This document shows positions 14,220 to 22,234 of a DNA stretch of 32,453 bases, one piece after another. The notes under the pieces are model-generated. The model saw nothing but the letters and a program-made list of their open reading frames with translations, had not been told where the DNA came from and did not search any database. The translations under genes were made by a program, and so were the position numbers. Where the stretch lies: positions 1-32,453 of the forward strand of contig JBFYSG010000003.1 in assembly GCA_041301835.1 (NCBI GenBank). Direction: 5' to 3'. Position 1 is the first letter of the stretch. Each line of letters opens with the position of its first letter. Source of the DNA: Chloroflexota bacterium (GTDB lineage Bacteria > Chloroflexota > Anaerolineae > Anaerolineales > Villigracilaceae).

Positions 14220-15524
14220 ATGACATCCTTCCTGACGGGGAATAAAACCCGCTCCGCTCTCCTGCTGGGGTTCAGCCTGCTCAGCATGCTGGTGCTGCTC
14301 GGGCGCGGCATCCTGCTGGTCGCGCAGGCAATCATCGCCTGGCGGCAGGCGGAACTCACGTTCAACGGCATGGCTCCTTCCGTGCTGGATGCCCTGAGCA
14401 TGCTGGTGTGCGCCGGGCTGCTCTTCCCGCTGGCGCTCGCCAGCCTGCGCCATTTGCAAGGGAAAGCCCTGCCCCCGGCAGCCCTGCCGTCGGCAGCCCT
14501 GCCAGCGGTCAGGATGCGCACCCTGCTGCTGCTTTCCGCCCTGTGGCTGATCCTGTTCGCCGCCGCCAGCCTGCTGACCCTCCTGCTGGACCTAGGCTGG
14601 TTGTTCTCCATCCCCGCTTTCCTGCTGGCAATGCTCATCCCGGTTGCCATCTTTGCCTGGATCGCCGCCGGCGGGCTTGCCTGGGGTTCGCGCCGGCGCT
14701 TGTGGGCGGCATTCAGCCTGGGCATGACCGGCGGCACCCTGCTCTCGCTTCTCGCGGAATATGCGCTGGTGGCGATCGGGGTGGTCCTCGGCGCGCTGGT
14801 CATTGCCGTCCGCCCGGACCTGCTGAACGGGCTGCTGGAGCTGCAGCAGCAGGTGCAGAACGCCGGGAACATGGAGGAGTTGTTGACCACACTGGCTCCC
14901 GTGCTCACCCGCCCGTGGGTCTTCCTGCTGGTGCTCGCCTTCGCCTCCCTGTTCGCGCCGCTGATCGAGGAAGCCGCCAAGCCAATTGCCGTCTGGATCC
15001 TTGGACGCCGCCTGCATGACCCCGCCGAAGGATTTGCCCTGGGGGCGTTATCGGGCGCCGGTTTTGCCCTGCTGGAGGGACTGATGGCTGCCAGCGGCAT
15101 GGCGGAAACGCCCTACTTCGGCATCCCGGCACGGCTTGCCAGTTCCCTGATGCATATCACCCTCAGCGGACTGGTGGGCTGGGGCATCGCCTCCGCCCTG
15201 CTGGAAAAACGCTGGGGGCGGCTCGCGGCGGTCTATGCGCTCAGCGTCAGCCTGCACGGTATGTGGAACGGTTCCGCCCTGCTGGCAGTCTACGGCTCGC
15301 TGCGCTTCAGCCTGGCAGACATGACCTACGACCCGGTCAGCCTGCTCAGCATGGTCGGCGGGGTGGGACTGCTGGGGTTGGTCTTTGTGCTCATCGCGGT
15401 CAGCCTGCCGCTGCTCAACCAGCGCCTGCGCCACCTGCGTGGTGATATAATCGCCCCGCCCGCGTCCCAGCCCGCATCCCGGATCGAAAGGACCCCTGAT
15501 GGATTGGATTCTCAAGGCAGTTGA
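14220..15524 (+). CDS. PrsW-family intramembrane metalloprotease-like protein (polytopic)
   Basis: It has multiple TM segments. The motifs 'APLIEEAAKPIAVW' (EExxK) and 'SLHGMWNGS' (HxxxN) are characteristic of PrsW-type proteases. Confidence 0.7.
   Translation: MTSFLTGNKTRSALLLGFSLLSMLVLLGRGILLVAQAIIAWRQAELTFNGMAPSVLDALSMLVCAGLLFPLALASLRHLQGKALPPAALPSAALPAVRMRTLLLLSALWLILFAAASLLTLLLDLGWLFSIPAFLLAMLIPVAIFAWIAAGGLAWGSRRRLWAAFSLGMTGGTLLSLLAEYALVAIGVVLGALVIAVRPDLLNGLLELQQQVQNAGNMEELLTTLAPVLTRPWVFLLVLAFASLFAPLIEEAAKPIAVWILGRRLHDPAEGFALGALSGAGFALLEGLMAASGMAETPYFGIPARLASSLMHITLSGLVGWGIASALLEKRWGRLAAVYALSVSLHGMWNGSALLAVYGSLRFSLADMTYDPVSLLSMVGGVGLLGLVFVLIAVSLPLLNQRLRHLRGDIIAPPASQPASRIERTPDGLDSQGS
14466..14510 (+). 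repeat. Imperfect 15-nt tandem repeat x3 sharing the core ggcagccctgcc with the repeat at 13035
   Basis: The units are gccctgcccccggca, gccctgccgtcggca and gccctgccagcggtc, encoding ALPPA/ALPSA/ALPAV. Confidence 0.8.
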
Positions 15525-16164
15525 TTTCATCCTGCACGTTGATGTCTACCTGGAACAGATCATCAGCCAGTACGGCGGCTGGACCTATGCGCTGTTGTTC
15601 TTTGTCATCTTCCTGGAGACCGGTTTCGTCGTGACCCCGTTCCTGCCGGGGGATTCGCTCATCTTCGCCGCCTCCACATTCGCCGCCCGCGGCGCACTTA
15701 ACCCGTGGATCATGTTCGCCTTGCTCTCCTTCGCCGCCGTGCTCGGCGATTCGGTCAATTACTGGATCGGGCACCGCATCGGCAGGCGCGCCTACACCGG
15801 GGAGATCCGCTGGATCAAGAAGGAATACATGGAACGCACGCATACCTTCTTTGAAAAGCACGGCGGCAAGACCATCTTCCTGGCACGCTTCGTGCCCATC
15901 ATACGCACCTTCGCTCCCTTCGTGGCAGGGATCAGCCGCATGTCCTACGGTTTCTTCTTCCGCTGGAATATCATCGGCGGGATCAGCTGGGTGGCAATCT
16001 TCACCCTGCTGGGGTACTTCTTTGGCAACATCCCCTTCGTGCAGAAGAACTTCGAACTGGTCATCCTCGCCATCATCGTCATATCCTTCGTCCCTGCGGT
16101 GGTCGAAGCGCTCAAAGCCAGGAAGGAAATGAAAGCCGGCGGATCGCCCACAGCTGAGTCCTGA
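15499..16164 (+). CDS. DedA-family (SNARE-associated/VTT domain) membrane protein
   Basis: 'YGGWTYALLFFVIFLETGFVVTPFLPGDSLIF' and 'GGKTIFLARFVPIIRTFAPFVAG' are canonical DedA motifs. The gene overlaps the upstream gene by 26 nt. An SD (GAAAGGA) is upstream. Confidence 0.88.
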   Translation: MDWILKAVDFILHVDVYLEQIISQYGGWTYALLFFVIFLETGFVVTPFLPGDSLIFAASTFAARGALNPWIMFALLSFAAVLGDSVNYWIGHRIGRRAYTGEIRWIKKEYMERTHTFFEKHGGKTIFLARFVPIIRTFAPFVAGISRMSYGFFFRWNIIGGISWVAIFTLLGYFFGNIPFVQKNFELVILAIIVISFVPAVVEALKARKEMKAGGSPTAES

Positions 16165-16189
16165 ATCCGCGCAGATCCATGGAAAAGAC

Positions 16190-16218
16190 AGGAGGCTTCC
16201 CGGGTTGGGAAGCCTCCT
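16190..16218. terminator. Bidirectional intrinsic terminator between convergent genes
   Basis: Perfect 12-bp stem: aggaggcttccc (16190-16201) pairs with gggaagcctcct (16207-16218). It is flanked by A-rich 5' and T-rich 3' sequence. Confidence 0.75.
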
Positions 16219-16249
16219 TGCTATTTATCGATCAAAATCAAGCACGTTC

Positions 16250-18760
16250 TCAGGGCAGGAGCCGCAGGTGGGATTCGGCGCTGCTCACGATGGCTTGTTC
16301 ATTCCACAGCATGGGATAGTATTCCCCGTCCTGCCACAGCGGCGCCAGGTCGATGTAATGCGGGTGATAGGCATGACCCGACTGCCCGGTGGTGTGCACC
16401 GTCAGCGAGTTGCGCAGGTCGCCCAGGTCCACGATCATGCGCATCGAAGGCAGCCAGTCGACCTCAAAACCCATGCCCACGGTCCACCCGGTGGCGTTGA
16501 CGATCGATTCGCCGCCGCCGGTGGGGAATGGTCCGCGGTTGAAAATGGATTCGATCAAGCCGATGCCCGATTCACCCAGTGTGGCATTGCGGAAGGTGGC
16601 ACTGTGCGCCTCACCCCAGGTCTGCCAACCCTCCAGGTCGCTGCCGTACAGGTCTTCCCCATCCTGGACAGACTTCAGGAAAGCAGCAAGGAAGATATCG
16701 TCGCGCTGCTCCACCTGCGGAGTGCCCAGGTCATCCCACCAGGCGCTTTCAGGCTGCTGGACCAGGTTGCGTACGACCTCGTACCAGCGCGATCCGCCCG
16801 CCGGGAGATAGTCCTCCGGGAAACCCTCGTCATTGAAGGTCGCCGCGAGCAGGTTCGTCCAGAACATTTCGAACACCAGCGCCGGCTGCGAATCAGCCCC
16901 TTCTTGCAGGTCCCAATCTGCCAGGAACGCCTGGCGAACCTCCTCCGCCCTGCCTTCCATTTCCAGCGACATGAGGATCGGCAGGAGCGTTTCGGCGTTC
17001 AGGCTGGTGGAATCCGCCTGCATGGATTGGATATAAGCGCTGTCGATCGGTGCGGGTGCATTCTCGATCATGTCCACGATGCGCTCGGCGCGGAATCCGT
17101 AATCCCAATCGCTGGTCACCAGGTAGGGATAGTCGCGCGGCACAGCCTGGTTGTTCGCCGTGACGATGTAACCGCTCTCCGGGTTGAGCACAAAGGGGAG
17201 CTGCTCGAACGGGATGTAACCGGTCCATTCGTACTCGGACGTCCAGCCCGGCACTGGCAGGGAGCCATCCCCGTTCTGGCGGATGGGGACATTGCCCGGC
17301 ATCTGGTACGCGATGTTGCCGTCCACATCGGCATAGATTAGGTTCTGCGCCGGCACGGTGAAGGCACGCGCCGCGGTGCGGAAATCATCCCAGTTCTGGG
17401 CGGTGTTGAAGCCCCAGATGGCGTCAAAGATGTAGGCAGGCTCCAGCGCCGTCCAGCGCAGGCTGATGACGAATGCCTCCGGCAGGTCCATGCCCGCCTG
17501 TTCGCCGAACTCCTCCAGCCCGTAAACCTCCGAGATGACTGGACCGTGGCGGGTGGAACGAACCAGGACTTCCACCGGTTCGCCGCCGCCCACCTGGATC
17601 GTTTCGCTGCGCACCTCAAAGTCCACCCACTCCCCGTCCACTTCGTACTGGTCCGGGTTGTCGGGGTTGATCCTTTCGATGTACAGGTCCATCACATCGG
17701 GACCGTTATTGGTAAAACCCCAGGCGATGCGGTCATTGTGCCCGATCACCACACCCGGCACCCCGGCAAAGGAGAACCCCGCCACCTGGTAGGGGCAGGC
17801 ATCGGTCTTGGGCTGGCAGTGCAAGCCCAACTGGTACCAGATGGAAGGCATCTGGATGCCCAGGTGGGGGTCATTGGCGATCAAGGGCATGCCGCTCTCG
17901 GTCAGGCTCCCGGCGATCGCCCAGGAATTGGAACCGATCCCGGTGCCGGTGGGTCCAAGCAGGGCTGCCATAGCCTCCAGGCGGTTGGCAACCCGCTCCA
18001 GCAAGTCCACCGGCAGGATGGAAAGCAGTTCGCCGGGCATGCCCGGCAGACCGGGGCTTGCCGTCTGGAAAGCCTCGACGATGACCGGGTGATCCAGCGG
18101 GTAAGCCGGGTATAGGTCTGCCACCTGTTCGGGACTGAAGGTCTTCAACAGGATGGCGCGCTCGATCTCAGCATCCAGGTTGCCGCGCAGATCCCATGCC
18201 ATTGCCTTCGCCCAGGTCATGCTGTGGACGGGTGTCCACGGTTCCGGTTCGTAGTCCGGGGTCAACAAGCCCAGGATGGCATACTCCAGGCTGATCGCGG
18301 CGCCGGAATGGTCTGCCAGGTACGCGTTCACGCCATCGGCATACGCGCTCAGGATGGCGACCGATTCCACGCTCAGCGTGGAGACTTCATATTCGGCGAT
18401 CCGCTCCCAGCCCAGCGTGCGCAGGAAGGCATCGGTTTCAACCTGTTCGGCGCCGAACATCTCGGACAGGCGTCCCGAGCCGATGTGGCGCCAGAAGTCC
18501 ATTTGCCAGAAGCGGTCCTGGGCATGGACGAAGCCCTGGGCAAAGAACAGGTCGTGCAGACTGGAGGCAAAGATATGCGGGATGCCGTACTCATCCCGGT
18601 AGATATCCACCTCCCCGTCCAAACCGTTCAGATGCAGTTCACCTTCCACCTGGGGAAAGGAACGCCGGGCGGTGGTGATGCCCACCGCCGAGAGGATAAT
18701 GGCAAGCGCGACCAGCACCCCGGTCAGTCCAACCAGAAAGCGTTTCAGTTTTATCGACAC
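16250..18760 (-). CDS. Penicillin acylase family (Ntn-hydrolase S45; penicillin/AHL-acylase-like) protein, membrane-anchored or secreted
   Basis: 'FAQGFVHAQDRFWQMDFWRH' and the autoprocessing site 'GSNSWAIAG' (nucleophile Ser) are family signatures. I moved the start from the track's 18844 to GTG 18760. That codon is preceded by AAAGGAGGAATC (strong SD, 5-nt spacing) and gives the signal anchor 'SIKLKRFLVGLTGVLVALAIIL'. Confidence 0.88.
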   Translation of the reverse strand: MSIKLKRFLVGLTGVLVALAIILSAVGITTARRSFPQVEGELHLNGLDGEVDIYRDEYGIPHIFASSLHDLFFAQGFVHAQDRFWQMDFWRHIGSGRLSEMFGAEQVETDAFLRTLGWERIAEYEVSTLSVESVAILSAYADGVNAYLADHSGAAISLEYAILGLLTPDYEPEPWTPVHSMTWAKAMAWDLRGNLDAEIERAILLKTFSPEQVADLYPAYPLDHPVIVEAFQTASPGLPGMPGELLSILPVDLLERVANRLEAMAALLGPTGTGIGSNSWAIAGSLTESGMPLIANDPHLGIQMPSIWYQLGLHCQPKTDACPYQVAGFSFAGVPGVVIGHNDRIAWGFTNNGPDVMDLYIERINPDNPDQYEVDGEWVDFEVRSETIQVGGGEPVEVLVRSTRHGPVISEVYGLEEFGEQAGMDLPEAFVISLRWTALEPAYIFDAIWGFNTAQNWDDFRTAARAFTVPAQNLIYADVDGNIAYQMPGNVPIRQNGDGSLPVPGWTSEYEWTGYIPFEQLPFVLNPESGYIVTANNQAVPRDYPYLVTSDWDYGFRAERIVDMIENAPAPIDSAYIQSMQADSTSLNAETLLPILMSLEMEGRAEEVRQAFLADWDLQEGADSQPALVFEMFWTNLLAATFNDEGFPEDYLPAGGSRWYEVVRNLVQQPESAWWDDLGTPQVEQRDDIFLAAFLKSVQDGEDLYGSDLEGWQTWGEAHSATFRNATLGESGIGLIESIFNRGPFPTGGGESIVNATGWTVGMGFEVDWLPSMRMIVDLGDLRNSLTVHTTGQSGHAYHPHYIDLAPLWQDGEYYPMLWNEQAIVSSAESHLRLLP

Positions 18761-18790
18761 GATTCCTCCTTTGGCAAGTTGTGAACCATG

Positions 18791-18833
18791 TTTAAAAACC
18801 CTCATGAAAGCCGGTGGAGGCGTCCATGAGGGT
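18791..18833 (-). terminator. Terminator-like hairpin on the minus strand between the large lipoprotein gene and the acylase gene
   Basis: A 9-bp stem forms between accctcatg and catgagggt (plus-strand coordinates 18798-18806 and 18825-18833) with a 17-18 nt loop. On the minus strand it is followed by TTTTTAAA. Confidence 0.4.
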
Positions 18834-18897
18834 AGATCGATCACCGAAAGATGGCAGGTATTGTAATTATATGAAAGAAGTCAGCCTTACTGGTCGC

Positions 18898-21360
18898 CTA
18901 TGGGGTGATCCCCAGCAGGCGCGGGAACCAGTACCACAGGATATCGGCGGCGGGCTTGCCGTGCACCGAAGCGCTGGCATCGTGCAGCACTGCCGGCGGG
19001 TAATACCCCCGGCTGACAAAACCACCCAGCCAGGCACGCTCATTGACCGCCGCCAGCAATGCCTGGTAAATGTCCGCCTGTTCCTGCAGGTCCACCGCCG
19101 CCTGGGTGTTTCCCGGCGTGAGCGCCACCCGGGTCGGGATCGTGCCCAACCCGGCGCCCTCGGCGGAGGGATACGCCACCGCCAGGATGACCGGTTTGCC
19201 CAGCGCCGCCTGGAAGGGCTGGATCTCGGCATCCAGCCGGGCGCCAGCCGCGGCGCGCATTTCCTCGAAGCCAGGCGTCAGACCCGCGCTGAGCGGCGCG
19301 TTCCACAGCAGGTAGATGCCGTCAAATTCGCTGGCGAAGACCGGCGTGGATGCCAGGTCATCCGGGTATGCGACCGCCCAGAGCAGCGTACCGCTGAAAC
19401 GGGAACGCACATCCGCCAGGATGGCCCGCCAGCGCGTCTCGGCATCCGCTGGGACGCCGGAACTGCTCCCATTGATCTGCCCATCCGGGAGCGCCGGGAG
19501 CACCCACTCTCCGCCCAGGATGAGCGCCTTTGCCCCCGACTGCGCTGCCAGGTCGGCATGGTAGCGGGCGAATGCTTGGTAACGAATGAACCAGTTGTTC
19601 CACCAGCCGCTGTCATGCGCCGTGGAGCCCCACCAGGCGTCCACATCCATGCGCAGGTCGGCGCCCGGGAAGATGGCTGCATTCAGGTTGAGGGCGCGCA
19701 CCCCCGCCACCAGGTGGCTCGTGTCGGTGAAGAGCGGATCGCTGCCCGCCAGCGGCGTGAAGACAAATGGGTTCGTGCGCGTGACGGTCCAGCTTGGGGT
19801 CAGCACAAGCCAGTTGGCATACAGCGCCTGGGTGTTCAAAACCGCCTGCGGCAACCAGGGCTGCCAGGTTGGTTCGCCGGCGGGCAGGAATTCGATCCCC
19901 GCCCAGAACCCGGCAGAGCGCGCGGTCACCGGCAGACCCACCAGGGTGGCAGGCTGCAGGCTCTCAAGCCAGATCCAATCGCTCACCTGGTCCTGAAGGT
20001 CCTGCGCGATCAGGCTGGAAGAGACCAGCCTGCCGGTCCTGCCCGGACTCGTCAGCGCGTCATCGGCAAGCCCGCATTGATCGTTGCGGCAGTAGCGGTA
20101 TTCGAAAGCGCCAAGGATGTTCAGGGGGCTGTACAATTGGTAAGCCCACCTGTTGTTCCCCATCGACCACATCGGGATCGGCACCGTCCAGCCGTAAGGA
20201 TTGAACTGGATCGAGAGGATATCCATCACCTGTGTCTCGGAGGGCGCGCTGACCTCGAACAGGATCGGCGCGGAGGTGCCCGACTGCCAGGAATAGACCG
20301 CTTCCAGCCTCTGGACGGGCTCCACCGAGACCGGGACGATCAACTGGCGCAGGGTGAACGAGCCGTCGAGGTTATGCTCGGCATTCCAGAAGCCGTCGCC
20401 CAGGGTGTATTTATAGCGCACGTCCGCCCCGGCGGGCAGCATGAGCGAGAGCGTGTAACGTCCATCCTCCAGCGCGGTCATCACAGGCATGCGCGCGGCG
20501 ACACTGCTCAAGCCTCCGCCCTGGTCTCCGAACATGTTGCCCAAGGTATAGAGGTTGCCCGCCAGGCGCACCGGTACATTCGGGACCGTGTTCTCCGGCA
20601 GGCTGACGGTGAAAATGACATTGACCAGCGGGGCGGGAGCCATCGAGATGGTGGCAGGCGTGGTCTTGTTCTCCACCACCTCCGCGCCCTGCTGGAAGGT
20701 CTGGTACATGCCGTCCAGCGCATACGCCACCAGGTTGTGCGTCCCAAGAGGCAGCCCCTCGACGTTGAAGACGCCGCTTGAATCGGTCAGGGTCTGTTGT
20801 CCACCGACCGCAACAAGGATGTTCACCAGCGGGGAGCCATCGGCGCTGCTGACGATCTTGCCGCTGATGCGCCCGGTTGGCGCGGCGAACAGGCTGTCGG
20901 ACCAGGAGGAGATGATATCCTGCACCTCGCCGGGCGCCGTGACATGGTACAGGCGGTAGCGCACCTCGTTGTCGGCGGGATCGTCTTCCAGGATCGGCAG
21001 GGTGGATTGGCGCAGGTAGCGGTACTTGACCACGCTGCCGAGGGCGAAGGGCAGGGTCAGGGTATAGTGGAGGGTGTCCATGCCCTGCATGGCATGATTG
21101 GAGGGATTCAGCCCCAGACCGGTGACTTCATCCACAACGCTCAGGTAGAGCACCTCGCCCGGCAGGAGCGGCGTGGGCAGGGTCACACTGAACGTGATGA
21201 CCGCCCCCGGGGCGGGCGTGGGTGTCGGTCCGACAGGCTGGGTGGGTGTCTTTGAACTGACCAGGTCCGGGAGATCCAACAGGGAAAAGGTGCAGCTGCT
21301 CAGCAACATGAGGTTGGCAAGCGCGATCAGGATGATGGCATTCACGTAGCGTGGCTTCAT
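18898..21360 (-). CDS. Large lipoprotein with a CarboxypepD_reg-like domain, repeated beta-sandwich (carbohydrate-binding-like) modules and a C-terminal TIM-barrel glycoside-hydrolase-like region
   Basis: The lipobox is 'LLSSC'. 'GRISGKIVSSADGSPLVNILVAVGG...TDSSGVFNVEGLPLGTHNL' looks carboxypeptidase-regulatory-like. Short motifs recur ('VVKYRYL', 'VRYKYTLGDGFWN', 'FEYRYCRND'). The C-terminal region has 'ALILGGEW' and 'WLGGFVSRGYY'. Function is uncertain. Confidence 0.6.
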   Translation of the reverse strand: MKPRYVNAIILIALANLMLLSSCTFSLLDLPDLVSSKTPTQPVGPTPTPAPGAVITFSVTLPTPLLPGEVLYLSVVDEVTGLGLNPSNHAMQGMDTLHYTLTLPFALGSVVKYRYLRQSTLPILEDDPADNEVRYRLYHVTAPGEVQDIISSWSDSLFAAPTGRISGKIVSSADGSPLVNILVAVGGQQTLTDSSGVFNVEGLPLGTHNLVAYALDGMYQTFQQGAEVVENKTTPATISMAPAPLVNVIFTVSLPENTVPNVPVRLAGNLYTLGNMFGDQGGGLSSVAARMPVMTALEDGRYTLSLMLPAGADVRYKYTLGDGFWNAEHNLDGSFTLRQLIVPVSVEPVQRLEAVYSWQSGTSAPILFEVSAPSETQVMDILSIQFNPYGWTVPIPMWSMGNNRWAYQLYSPLNILGAFEYRYCRNDQCGLADDALTSPGRTGRLVSSSLIAQDLQDQVSDWIWLESLQPATLVGLPVTARSAGFWAGIEFLPAGEPTWQPWLPQAVLNTQALYANWLVLTPSWTVTRTNPFVFTPLAGSDPLFTDTSHLVAGVRALNLNAAIFPGADLRMDVDAWWGSTAHDSGWWNNWFIRYQAFARYHADLAAQSGAKALILGGEWVLPALPDGQINGSSSGVPADAETRWRAILADVRSRFSGTLLWAVAYPDDLASTPVFASEFDGIYLLWNAPLSAGLTPGFEEMRAAAGARLDAEIQPFQAALGKPVILAVAYPSAEGAGLGTIPTRVALTPGNTQAAVDLQEQADIYQALLAAVNERAWLGGFVSRGYYPPAVLHDASASVHGKPAADILWYWFPRLLGITP

Positions 21361-21387
21361 ACCCCTCCTCGATGCGGGGGAGGCAGG

Positions 21388-21822
21388 CTAACCCGCCGCC
21401 TTGAATAATTGCTGGATCTCGTTCTCATGGTCTGCCAGGCTCCCCAGCACCCCGTTGACGAAACGCGGCGTGCTGTCGGAGCCGTATAATTTTGCCAGTT
21501 CCACCGCTTCGTTGATCGCCACCTTGACCGGCGTCCTGCGGCTGATCGCAAATTCCCACATGGCAATGCGCAGGACGTTGCGGTCGATCGCCGCCAACTG
21601 GTCGAGAGGCCACTCGGGGGCATATTTGGCGATCACCTCGTCCATGCGCTCACGCAGAGGCAGGATGCTAAAAACAATCTGGCGGACAAACTCCGCCAGT
21701 TCATTGGAAAGCGGCTCCTCCTCCAGGCGCTCTGTCAGGATCTGCACCGGGGGGTGGTTTGCCATATCCACTTCGTAAAGTACCTGCAGGGCGCAACCGC
21801 GTGCCCTGGTGCGAGCTTTCAT
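21388..21822 (-). CDS. nusB: Transcription antitermination factor NusB
   Basis: 'ARTRARGCALQVLYEVD', 'RNVLRIAMWEF...INEAVELAKLYG...FVNGVLG' match NusB. Confidence 0.92.
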   Translation of the reverse strand: MKARTRARGCALQVLYEVDMANHPPVQILTERLEEEPLSNELAEFVRQIVFSILPLRERMDEVIAKYAPEWPLDQLAAIDRNVLRIAMWEFAISRRTPVKVAINEAVELAKLYGSDSTPRFVNGVLGSLADHENEIQQLFKAAG

Positions 21823-21828
21823 GCGTCC

Positions 21829-22176
21829 CTACGCCTCCGCCTTGTAATTAATATCCTCGATATGGATATTGACATGCCCGGCCTCGAGACCGGTCATCTC
21901 GGTGATGGCACGCGCCACCGTCAACTGCACCATGCGGCTGACCTCCCGGATGTTGACATCGTTCTCCAGCACCAGGTGCAGGTCCACCAGGACGTTGTTA
22001 TCCTCGATGCACATGCGCACCCCCTGGCTGCCCTTGCCGAACCAGCCTTTCCTCCCGCCCTTGACCGGTGCCATGGCGTGAACACCATCCACTTCCAGCG
22101 CCGCCATGCGGGCGATGGTGAGGAATACATCCGGGGTCAGGGTGGTCTTGCCGGCTGATCTATAATCGTTCGACAT
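21829..22176 (-). CDS. Asp23/Gls24-family envelope stress protein
   Basis: 'TLTPDVFLTIARMAALEVDGVHAM' and the overall 115-aa layout fit the family. Sitting upstream of nusB is the common synteny. A strong SD (GAAGGAGG) is present. Confidence 0.85.
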   Translation of the reverse strand: MSNDYRSAGKTTLTPDVFLTIARMAALEVDGVHAMAPVKGGRKGWFGKGSQGVRMCIEDNNVLVDLHLVLENDVNIREVSRMVQLTVARAITEMTGLEAGHVNIHIEDINYKAEA

Positions 22177-22205
22177 GCTGCCTCCTTCAGGCGCTTACGC
22201 TTGGG

Positions 22206-22214
22206 ATTATAACA
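22206..22214 (-). promoter_or_regulatory. Extended -10 (TGtTATAAT) promoter element for the asp23-nusB operon
   Basis: The minus strand reads gTGTTATAATCCCaagcg...GAAGGAGGcagcATG. The -10 lies about 30 nt upstream of the ATG at 22176. Confidence 0.45.
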
Positions 22215-22234
22215 CTACCAGGTATAACACCCGA

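Noticed and set aside
14135-15100. 321-aa minus-strand ORF, together with the similar antisense ORFs 16205-17341(+), 23391-24557(+), 24550-25380(-), 25537-26454(+), 28237-29217(+), 29321-30556(+), 11758-12579(-) and 6515-7273(-)
   Set aside because: All lie opposite genes with strong family signatures. All have Arg/Ala/Gly/Pro-biased composition and lack ribosome-binding sites. I treat them as GC-driven open frames, not genes.
18761-18844. Longer N-terminus for the acylase (track start 18844), and similarly the upstream starts 26600, 28391 and 5107 for other genes
   Set aside because: Downstream start codons are preceded by strong Shine-Dalgarno sequences and give clean signal, lipoprotein or Tat peptides. 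The upstream extensions overlap neighbouring genes or add non-signal residues.
18814-20781. 655-aa ORF on the plus strand
   Set aside because: It lies antisense to the large lipoprotein gene. Its translation is Arg/Gly/Pro-rich with no recognisable domain, signal or SD, so I treat it as a shadow ORF.
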